Source of the DNA: Ranitomeya imitator
Taxonomy: Eukaryota
Assembly (NCBI RefSeq): GCF_032444005.1
Contig: NC_091289.1
Coordinates: forward strand, 13,392,001-13,456,000
Length of the DNA: 64,000 nucleotides
Direction: 5' to 3'
Made by a program: the position numbers and the translations under genes
Shown here: positions 53,845-64,000 of the stretch, in pieces
How positions within the stretch are numbered: position 1 is the stretch's first letter
Layout: every line of letters begins with the position of its first letter
Notes under the pieces: generated by a model
What the model was told of the DNA's origin: nothing
What the model saw: the letters and a program-made list of their open reading frames with translations, nothing else
The model's database searches: none

Positions 53845-54059
53845 GGCCGGGGTCACACTATCAGTATTTCGTCAGTATTTGGTCTGTATTTTACATCAGT
53901 ATTTGTAGCCAAAACCTGGAGTGGGTGATAAATACAGAAGTGGGGCATATGTTCCTATTATACTTTTCCTCTGATTGTTCCACTCCTGGTTTTGACTACA
54001 AATACTGATGTAAAATACTGACCGAATACTTAACAAATACTGATAGTGTGACCCCAGCC
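53845..54059. mobile_element. PIF/Harbinger-like MITE
   Basis: TAA TSD on both sides, TIR GGCCGGGGTCACACTATCAGTATTT / AAATACTGATAGTGTGACCCCAGCC. Confidence 0.85.
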
Positions 54060-54284
54060 TAAGAGGTGGGCTCCAGTCCAGGTGTCACCGATTACTGACG
54101 TCACCAATGGATCAGGTCCTGTGAATTGATTTGGACCAACTAGTTGGCACTTTGCTAAAAGTTGAAAACCCCTTTAACTACAATCTACGGGGCTGTGGTG
54201 CCCCTGTGCATTGTATACACACCTGGTCCCCAATCTAAATGCAATGAGCTGCAGTATAGGGCACATGTATTGTAGGGGTCTCTT

Positions 54285-54463
54285 CAGTGGCGTAACTTCA
54301 AACTCATAGGCCCTGATGCGAAAGCTCCAACCGGGCCCCCAAATATTTTAAATCTTTAATAGCAATAGTCTTTTTCTATAGGCCAAAGGGACTTTTGGGG
54401 CCCCCTAGGCTCCAGGGCCCGGGGGCGATTGCAACCCCTGCACCTGTTGTAGTTATGCCCCTG
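54285..54463. mobile_element. 179-bp hAT MITE
   Basis: TIR CAGTGGCGTAAC / GTTATGCCCCTG, 8-bp TSD GGTCTCTT at 54277-54284 and 54464-54471. Confidence 0.9.
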
Positions 54464-55454
54464 GGTCTCTTGCTGTGCTGGTACAGTAAAAGGCCATGTG
54501 CTGGGCATCAATGTTTAGTTAGATGGTGTCTGATCCTCCAAACCTCCCAGTGATCAAGATAATGATGGGGGTGATAGTACTTCTCGCTAACGATTCAGTA
54601 TCTACTACATCTGATGCAGGGTCTGAGAGTGAGGGGACAGGAGCCAAGAGGATCCCTTTATCGTGCCCCCTGATCTGGAGTGATGGAAACCCACCATGAT
54701 CTTCTACTACTTTATGACCCGCAGGGGTCTGGCCTCTGGACCCCCACTAATTCTTTCAGCTTATTTACTGCAGAGCAGCACTCATAGTTCTGCAGGAGAC
54801 GGCTTCACACACTGTGATTGCAACGTCGGGCACCATAACGGGGGCTACAGCGCAAAACGAGGTCTCTTGAACCAGAAAACGCATAACCGTTGTTTTAGTT
54901 CGTTAGCAGGTGCTACAAACGGCCTCTTTTTTGGAGCCTTCCTTCCCTGGCACGCTGCCTGATTCGTGGCGTCATCAAGCAAGAAAATAGAAAAACACAA
55001 GACGGTTAAATGTCGGTTTTTGGTTTCTTTGTAAACATGAATTGTGACGTAGAGCAGAACTATAAGGACGCCATGACAGCCGCCCAGTGGGAGTAGTAGT
55101 CGTGCAGTGGCTGGAGAGCACTAATCCAGGGGGATCATGTCCCCAGACACCTCAGGGGCTGTAGACGACACATTGTATTTTGTGGACCCTTCATCCTCCT
55201 TCTGGTGCACAGTCGTTACATTGGGGCACAGCTGAGTTTTCTATTTATAATGGGGGCCCCAAAGTGTCATAAATGCCAATCAAGTCCTGAGGGAACGGTG
55301 TCACAGCGCGGCGGTTTCATGCTACGTGACACACGGCACAGCTGTGCGCGGGGTGTCAGCCTGTCATGGTGAACCCTAAACAATGCCCTGTCCCGGTTGT
55401 TGGCAGCAGCTGTTACATCCTATGATGACAGCTGCTACAGCCCAAAACTACAGG

Positions 55455-56155
55455 GCACCACCATGGGCTCCGTGTATGCCAGGTCCATCCCAGGCTCGTA
55501 CAGACGAGTACTGACCACCACCATGGCCTCTGTGTATGGACCGGTCTATCCCAGGCTCATATAGATGAGTACTGACCAACACCATGGCCTCCGTGTATGG
55601 ACCGGTCTATCCCAGGCTCATACAGACAAGTACTGACCACCACCATGGGCTCCGTGTATGGACCGGTCCATCCCAGGCTCATACAGACGAGTACTGACCA
55701 CCACCATGGGCTGTGTATGGACCGGTCTATCCCAGGATCGGACAGACGAGTACTGACCACCACCATGGGCTCCGTGTATGCCAGGTCCATCCCAGGCTCG
55801 TACAGACGAGTACTGACCACCACCATGGGCTGTGTATGGACCGGTCTATCCCAGGCTCGGACAGACGAGTACTGACCACCACCATGGGCTGTGTATGGAC
55901 CGGTCTATCCCAGGCTCGGACAGACGAGTACTGACCACCACCATGGGCTGTGTATGGACCGGTCTATCCCAGGCTCGGACAGACGAGTACTGACCACCAC
56001 CATGGGCTGTGTATGGACCGGTCTATCCCAGGCTCGGACAGACGAGTACTGACCACCACCATGGGCTGTGTATGGACCGGTCTATCCCAGGCTCGGACAG
56101 ACGAGTACTGACCACCACCATGGGCTGTGTATGGACCGGTCTATCCCAGGATCGG
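55455..56155. repeat. 59/61-bp minisatellite, about 11.5 copies
   Basis: Unit CACCACCATGGGCTGTGTATGGACCGGTCTATCCCAGGCTCGGACAGACGAGTACTGAC. Confidence 0.95.
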
Positions 56156-57167
56156 ACAGACACGAGCTCTGAGCACCACCACGGGGTCAAAATCAAGGTG
56201 GCTGCATACATCAGCCGCAGTATCCAGCACAGCCATTATATGCAATGGAAAACAACAAAGACGGTCGGACCCCCCTATACCTCGGCCCCGTGGTGGGCGC
56301 AGGACACAGTGACGCAGACTGGACACGTTTCCATTAAAACTGGGGGAAGTTTATTGACACATTAAATAGAAAAAGACATTGTCCCATTTATAAAGAAACA
56401 ATATTGCCGCTATCCATAAAGTGCTTCTAGAAACGACTCGGGACGATCGCACAGGAGAGGACGGACACTCACGGCAATCAGAGTCGTCATTGTCCACCAA
56501 GTCATCGGGCCCCGAACAAGACGCCGCGGGAGCACCAGAAGATGGCCGGGGGTGATGGGCCGCTGGGGGTGATGGGCCGCCGGGCCGGGCTTACAATGTG
56601 GCCACTCGCCCCGCTGGGGTCAGAGCTCACTGTGCTGGTGATGAAAAGGGGCGATATCCAAGACAACGTACCCCCGAATAATACACACAACCCCGGGTCA
56701 GAGGGGGCCGGGGGGCCGCTGCTGTTGTGCCGTTATATAGTAAGGACCAGAAGGTGTGGAGATCTGAGGCATTTCTGGATGTGATGATCGGACCCCTCAT
56801 GTTCTTGTGCGAGGCCCAGCTGACCACCTGAAGACCCCCGGCCTCGTCCAACAGCCTCCAAGTGTAAACTCGACCCCAGCGAAAATGAGAGGTTAACCCT
56901 TACCTGACCAGAAATGTTACAACCTAATAAAGGCCTGGATACAAGACCAGACACGACGGATCCTGAAAGCCAAATGTGCTGCAGCTTTATGTAACAGGTG
57001 TAATACAAGAGCGGAACTTCAGGGGGACACAATGTAACACACCAGTGGTCTCCAACTTCTTACAAACTTTCTCCTGCAGCAGTAGTTGTGCATCTGCCGG
57101 ATGGTGACAGGTTGGGGGTCACTGCTGTGGACTTCAGGAGCTGGAACATAAGAACTTCCATAGACTT

Positions 57168-57535
57168 CAGAGCTGCACTCACTATTCTGCTGGTGCAGTC
57201 ACTGTGTACATACATTACATTACTGATCCTGAGTTACATCCTGTATTATACTCCAGAGCAGCACTCACTATTCTGCTGGTGCAGTCACTGTGTACATACA
57301 TTACTGATCCTGAGTTACATCCTGTATTATACTCCAGAGCTGCACTCACTATTCTGCTGGTGCAGTCACTGTGTACATACATTACATTACTGATCCTGAG
57401 TTACATCCTGTATTATACCCCAGAGCTGCACTCACTATTCTGCTGGTGCAGTCACTGTGTACATACATTACATTACTGATCCTGAGTTACATCCTGTATT
57501 ATACTCCAGAGCTGCACTCACTATTCTCTTGGTGC
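57168..57535 (-). repeat. 86-bp satellite in inverted orientation, about 4 copies
   Basis: Reverse complement of the 18664 unit. Confidence 0.95.
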
Positions 57536-57537
57536 AG

Positions 57538-57765
57538 AATGATGGCTCAGTGGTTAGCACTGCAACCTTGCAGTGCTGGGGTCCTGGGTTCAAATTCCTC
57601 CAAGGACTACAACAGCAAGGAGTTTGTATGTTCTCCCCGTGTTTGTGTGGGTTTCCTCACACAGTCAAAAGACATACTGGTAGGGAATATAGTGAAAATA
57701 TTTTATGTAAAACGCTGCGGAATAGGATAGAGCTATATAAGCAAAGTATAATAAATAAATAATGC
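57538..57765 (+). mobile_element. tRNA-derived SINE (V-SINE-like)
   Basis: A box TGGCTCAGTGG, B box GGTTCAAATTCC, core GTTTGTATGTTCTCCCCGTGTTTG, A-rich tail. Same family as 28232. Confidence 0.8.
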
Positions 57766-59198
57766 AGTAATGTATGTACACAGTGACTGCACCAGCAGAA
57801 TAGTGAGTGCAGCTCTGGAGTATAACACAGGATGTAACTCAGGATCAGTAATGTAATGTATGTACACAGTGACTGCACCAGCAGAATAGTGAGTGCAGCT
57901 CTGGGGTATAATACATGATGTAACTCAGGATCAGTAATGCAATGTATGTACACAGTGACTGCACCAGCAGAATAGTGAGTGCAGCTCTGGAGTATAATAC
58001 AGGATGTAACTCAGGATCAGTAATGTAATGTATGTACACAGTGACTGCACCAGCAGAATAGTGAGTGCAGCTCTGGGGTATAATACAGGATGTAACTCAG
58101 GATCAGTAATGTAATGTATGTACACAGTGACTGCACCAGAATAGTAAGTGCAGCTCTGGAGTATAATACAGGATGTAACTCAGGATCAGTAATGTAATGT
58201 ATGTACACAGTGACTGCACCAGCAGAATAGTGAGTGCAGCTCTGGAGTATAATACAGGATGTAACTCAGGATCAGTAATGTAATGTATGTACACAGTGAC
58301 TGCACCAGCAGAATAGTAAGTGCAGCTCTGGAGTATAATACAGGATGTAACTCAGGATCAGTAATGTAATGTATGTACACAGTGACTGCACCAGCAGAAT
58401 AGTGAGTGCAGCTCTGGAGTATAATACAGGATGTAACTAAGGATCAGTAATGTAATGTATGTACACAGTGACTGCACCAGCAGAATAGTGAGTGCAGCTC
58501 TGGGGTATAATACAGGATGTAACTCAGCATCAGTAATGTAATGTATGTACACAGTGACTGCACCAGCAGAATGGTGAGTGCAGCTCTGGAGTATAATACA
58601 GGATGTAACTCAGGATCAGTAATGTAATGTATGTACAGAGTGACTGCACCAGCAGGATAGTAAGTGCAGCTCTGGAGTATAATACAGGATGTAACTCAGG
58701 ATCAGTAATGTAATGTATGTACACAGTGAATGCACCAGCAGGATAGTAAGTGCAGCTCTGGAGTATAATAGAGGATGTAACTCAGGATCAGTAATGTAAT
58801 GTATGTACACAGTGACTGCACCAGCAGAATAGTGAGTGCAGCTCTGGAGTATAATACAGGATGTAACTCAGGATCAGTAATGTAATGTATGTACACAGTG
58901 ACTGCACCAGCAGAATAGTGAGTGCAGCTCTGGGGTATAATACAGGATGTAACTCAGCATCAGTAATGTAATGTATGTACACAGTGACTGCACCAGCAGA
59001 ATGGTGAGTGCAGCTCTGGAGTATAATACAGGATGTAACTCAGGATCAGTAATGTAATGTATGTACACAGTGACTGCACCAGCAGAATAGTGAGTGCAGC
59101 TCTGGAGTATAATACAGGATGTAACTCAGGATCAGTAATGTAATGTATGTACACAGTGACTGCACCAGCAGAGTAGTGAGTGCAGCTCTGCAGTATAA
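57766..59198 (+). repeat. 86-bp satellite, about 16.5 copies
   Basis: Same unit and orientation as 18664..20228. Confidence 0.97.
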
Positions 59199-59625
59199 GA
59201 GTAAGTTCACACACGGAGTTTTTGCTCCGTTTTTTATGCTCATTTTCAGCTGCTTTTTACAATACTAGCAAAGCCTATGAGATTTCAGAAATCTCACGCA
59301 CACACATTGTTTTTTGTGTGATCAGTATTTTGTGCTTTGCTGCGTTTTTTGGACATAGAGCAGGTCACTCAGCGTTTTTGCTGTGTTTTTTCACCCATTG
59401 ACTTGAATGGGTGTTGAAAAAAAACACAGGTATCATTATTTGCTGCGTTTTTGCTGCTGAAAATCCAAGGACATTAGCATGGACAAAGAGAAAAAAAAGG
59501 CACCAAAAACGCAACAGATAAGCAACCTAAACCTGCGTTTTTGACGCAGCTTCTTTCCTGCCAAGATCATCAGGTTTTGCTGCAGAAAAAAAAAAGCAGC
59601 AAAAACGCCCTGTGTGAACTTACCC
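59199..59625. mobile_element. PIF/Harbinger-like MITE inserted into the last satellite unit
   Basis: TAA TSD, TIR GAGTAAGTTCACACA / TGTGTGAACTTACCC. The satellite resumes as TAATACAG. Confidence 0.85.
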
Positions 59626-60409
59626 TAATACAGCTAAGCGCTGCCCCCGCACATTAGTACAGTTCCTCGGGATCGGTCCATCATTCTTCATCTCTAAGGT
59701 GCTGACACTTTGTATCGGGGATGTCGGTGCTGTGGGACATCGCAGTAGACCATCCCCCCCATACAGTACAGTATTGGGGGGATTATAGAGACCCCCGTCT
59801 CCGCTTCTGGACCACACTGCAGAGAGATGAATATCATCCCGATAGAGAACACAAAAAAGAAAATAAATAGATTTCACATTTTTCGAGCTCCTGCAGCGTC
59901 ACCAGTACACAGAGCCGCGGCCCCTCCACACCAGCTCCGATAGGATCTGCCCCCAATAATGACATGATGCCCCACCCCAATATAAAAGCAGTTCTGACAA
60001 TACATTTAGCGTAGAAAGGGTTAAGCAGCGATGTCCGGGACAACCGACAACTTGTGCAGGTTCCTTCCTGACAACCTGGGGAAACATCACAATACAGCAC
60101 AACATGTGGACCCCTAAAAACACCACGAGCGACCACAACCGGAACTAAGGGGGAACCAGTGTAAAAGGAAAAACCGGGAGAACCATTAACCCCTCGTGAG
60201 CACAGCAGGGGGCGGAGCCGAGCACTTACCACCCCCATGCCAGCACAAGAACTCGCCCCAAAGGGGCCGATCCGGGTATTGGGGTCACAAAGAACCACGG
60301 GGACAAATGTAGAGCGTAAAATATAGGGGCCCCCCATGGGCATCTATAGTACTGGGGTCCATAAGGAGAGGGGCGTCCACTGCACTCCGAGAAGCCCACT
60401 GGAAAAGAG

Positions 60410-62290
60410 GGGTAGACAGGAGTAACCCCTGCAGGACCGTACGAGAAAGGGGGGGGGGGGGGGGGAGGGGCAGGAATTAACCCCTGCAGGACTGTATGGG
60501 AAGGAAGGACAGGAGTTAACCCCTACAGGGCTGTACGGGGAGAGGGGACAGGAGTTAACCCCTGCAGGACTGTACAGGGAGGAAGAACAGGAGTTAACCC
60601 CTGCAGGACTGTACGGGGAGAGAGGACAGAAGTTAACCCCTGCAGGACCGTACAGGGAGGAAGAACAGGAGTTAACCCCTGCAGGACTGTACAGGGAGGA
60701 AGGACAGGAGTTAACCCCTGCAGGACTGTGTGGGGAGGAAGGACAGGAGTTAACCCCTACAGGGCTGTACGGGGAGAGGGGACAGGAGTTAACCCCTGCA
60801 GGACTGTACAGGGAGGAAGAACAGGAGTTAACCCCTGCAGGACTGTGTGGGGAGGAAGGACAGGAGTTAACCCCTACAGGGCTGTACGGGGAGAGGGGAC
60901 AGGAGTTAACCCCTGCAGGACTGTACAGGGAGGAAGAACAGGAGTTAACCCCTGCAGGACTGTGTGGGGAGGAAGGACAGGAGTTAACCCCTACAGGGCT
61001 GTACGGGGAGAGGGGACAGGAGTTAACCCCTGCAGGACTGTACAGGGAGGAAGGACAGGAATTAACCCCTGCAGGACTGTACGGGGAGGAAGGACAGGAG
61101 TTAACCCCTGCAGGACTGTACGAGGAGGAAGGACAGGAGTTAACCCCTGCAGGACTGTATGGGGAGGAAGGACAGGAGTTAACCCCTGCAGGACTGTACG
61201 GGGGGGGGGGGAAGAAGTTAACCCCTGCAAAACTGTACAGGGAGGAAGGACAGGAGTTAACCCCTGCAGATCTGTAAAGGGAGGGAGAACAGGAGTTAAC
61301 CCCTGCAGGACTGTATGGGGAGGAAGGACAGGAATTAACTGCTGCAGGACTGTACGAGGAGGAAGAACAGGAGTTAACCCCTGCAGGACTGTACGGGGGG
61401 GGGGGGGGGGGGGGGAGAGAACAGAAGTTAACCCCTGCAAGACTGTACAGGGAGGAAGGACAGGAGTTAACCCCTGCAGGTCTGTACAGGGAGGAAGAAC
61501 AGGAGTTAACCCCTGCAGGACTGTATGGGGAGGAAGAACAGGAGTTAACCCCTGCAGGACTGTATGGGGAGGAAGAACAGGAGTTAACCCCTGCAGGACT
61601 GCATGGGGAGGAAGGACAGGAGTTAACCCCTGCAGGACTGATGGGGGGGCAGGACAAGAGTTAACCCCTGCAGGACTGCATGGGGTGGCAGGACAGGAAT
61701 TAACCCCTGCAGGACTGATGGGGGGGGGGGGGGCAGGACAGGAGTTAACCCCTGCAGGACTGATGGGGGGGGCAGGACAGGAGTTAACCCCTGCAGGACT
61801 GAATGGGGTGGCAGGACAGGAAATAACCCCTGCAGGACTGATGGGGGGGGGCAGGACAGGAGTTAACCCCTGCAGGACTGTACGAGGAGGAAGGACAGGA
61901 GTTGACCCCTGCAGGACTGCATGGGGTGCCAGGACAGGAGTTAACCCCTGCAGGACTGATGGGGGGGGGGGGGGCAGGACAGGAGTTAACCCCTGCAGGA
62001 CTGATGGGGGGGGGGGGGGGGGGGGCAGGACAGGAGTTAACCCCTGCAGGACTGAATGGGGTTGCAGGACAGGAATTAACCCCTGCAGGACTGATGGGGG
62101 GGGGGGGCAGGACAGGAGTTAACCCCTGCAGGACTGTACGGGGAGGAAGGACAGGAGTTAACCCCTGCAGGACTGTACGGGGAGGAAGGACAGGAGTTGA
62201 CCCCTGCAGGACTGCATGGGGTGCCAGGACAGGAGTTAACCCCTGCAGGACTGATGGGGGAGCAGGACAGGAGTTAACCCCTGCAGGCCT
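60410..62290. repeat. ~39-bp minisatellite (GGACAGGAGTTAACCCCTGCAGGACTGTACGGGGAGGAA), about 47 copies, with a local 117-bp trimer
   Basis: 13-aa periodicity in the ORF track; variable poly-G runs. Confidence 0.95.
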
Positions 62291-62556
62291 GCGCTGTGTA
62301 CCCCTTTCTATAGAGGATTGTGGCGGTAATATCTCCAATACTGGATATTAATCCTTGAAGGGTTTCGGACCGTACCACCAGTAGGGGGGATGGGGGTAAT
62401 ACTGGACGCAGCATTGGTCGGATAGATAGTTGGAGCTTCCGATAGACTCCCGATTAATCGCTGCGTTCATTGATGGCGGCCGCTCACATCTCCCGGGCGG
62501 TCTCCGCTTTGGGGGCTTCTGGGTGCTGGTATGGGGGTCCCTCCGCTCCCGGGGTC

Positions 62557-63052
<496 letters not shown>

Positions 63053-63089
63053 CTGCGGGAGCTCTGCCCTCCGCCACAGCCAGCGCCGC

Positions 63090-63290
63090 ACTGACGCCAA
63101 GCCCCGCCCACTCCGGCCTAGTGTACAGCGCTGAAGATTCTGATTGGCTAGTATCTGAGCGCTCCCTCCTCAATGGACACTCAGTCATCCTCGATTTGCA
63201 TGGACACGCCCCCCGAGTCTCCGCGTTCTGTTGTCTGATGGAACGTTCCAATAAAGAAACATCGAGCGCGGATCTGAGCGATCTGATTGG
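63090..63290 (-). promoter_or_regulatory. Putative H2A promoter
   Basis: Inr-like TCAGT at about 63092, GC box at about 63102, CCAAT boxes at 63143, 63248 and 63286. Confidence 0.6.
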
Positions 63291-63644
63291 TGGAAAAGAT
63301 TCTAAACGATGTTGTTAACTGCTTAGGCTAAAAAAAAATGTCTGCCCGTGGCTAATTATTGGTAACCAAGTGTCGTTACATCTATAGCTCTTCCTCCATG
63401 ATTAACCCTTTAATTATGAATGCAACAACCACTAGAACCCATCAGAAATGACATTCAATGAAAAGCTGTAATCAGGGTCCCCCATGGAGTGAATAAAGGT
63501 GATGGGCAGGGGTGGGGGACATCAAAAGCAGAGAGGGCCCTTAATTTCCAATATTTTACCATATTTGTCCCTGATCTTACCAGGCCGAGAACAGTCCTGA
63601 TCCTGACAGTGAGATGGAAAACCTTCCCAGACTAAAAATCAGTG

Positions 63645-64000
63645 ACGTCATAGCTGCTCAGGTGATATCACAGCTGCTCAGGTGATGTCACAGCTGCTCA
63701 GGTGATGTCACAACTGCTCAGGTGATGTCACAGCTGCTCAGGTGATGTCACAGCTGCTCAGGTGATATCACAACTGCTCAGGTGAAGTCACAACTGCTCA
63801 GGTGATATCACAACTGCTCAGGTGAAGTCATAGCTGCTCAGGTGATATCACAACTGCTCAGGTGATGTCATAGCTGCTCAGGTGATGTCACAGCTGCTCA
63901 GGTGATGTCACAGCTACTCAGGTGATGTCACAACTGCTCAGGTGATGTCACAGCTGCTCAGGTGATGTCACAGCTGCTCAGGTGATATCACAACTGCTCA
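63645..64000. repeat. 20-bp minisatellite (CA(G/A)CTGCTCAGGTGAT(G/A)TCA), truncated by the window end
   Basis: Exact 20-nt period. Confidence 0.96.

Noticed and set aside
55455-56155. CRISPR-like appearance of this and other regular arrays
   Set aside because: Units are contiguous with no unique spacers, the context is eukaryotic and no cas genes are present.
57538-57610. tRNA gene
   Set aside because: A and B boxes are present but no full cloverleaf; it continues into a SINE core and tail shared with 28232.
60344-62338. 437- and 464-aa ORFs
   Set aside because: 39-bp minisatellite translation on both strands.

Overview
Vertebrate genomic DNA, most likely an anuran (frog). This is inferred from the acidic H1.10 N-terminus and the repeat families, not verified. 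More than half of the window is minisatellite or transposon sequence. Host genes: (1) RAB7A on +, with a putative non-coding exon 1 in a CpG island near 6.7 kb and five coding exons, join(21584..21636,22115..22241,23231..23449,23607..23735,24374..24469), 207 aa ending CSC; (2) linker histone H1-10/H1x, 32551..33159 (+); (3) a second H1-10-type gene, 51217..51768 (+); (4) an orphan H2A, 62557..62937 (-), with a probable 5'UTR intron. None of the three histone genes has the replication-dependent 3' stem-loop near its stop. Most interesting observation: the two H1-10 paralogues, 18.6 kb apart, are identical over 232 nt of the globular domain (247 nt with one synonymous mismatch) while their tails are strongly diverged: an acidic N-tail in copy 1, and a basic tail with SPKK/TPSK motifs in copy 2. 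This suggests domain-restricted gene conversion maintaining one DNA-binding core with two tail types, inside a small cluster of probably polyadenylated histone genes. Mobile elements: an inverted pair of 1.6-kb Tc1 elements (one with an intact 340-aa DD34E transposase), several decayed Tc1 copies, a non-autonomous Helitron, hAT, PIF/Harbinger and TTAA-type MITEs, V-SINE-like elements, CR1/L2-like fragments and about 15 tandem-repeat arrays. Most long ORFs in the supplied track are artefacts of these arrays. All comparisons were made by eye; no database search was run.
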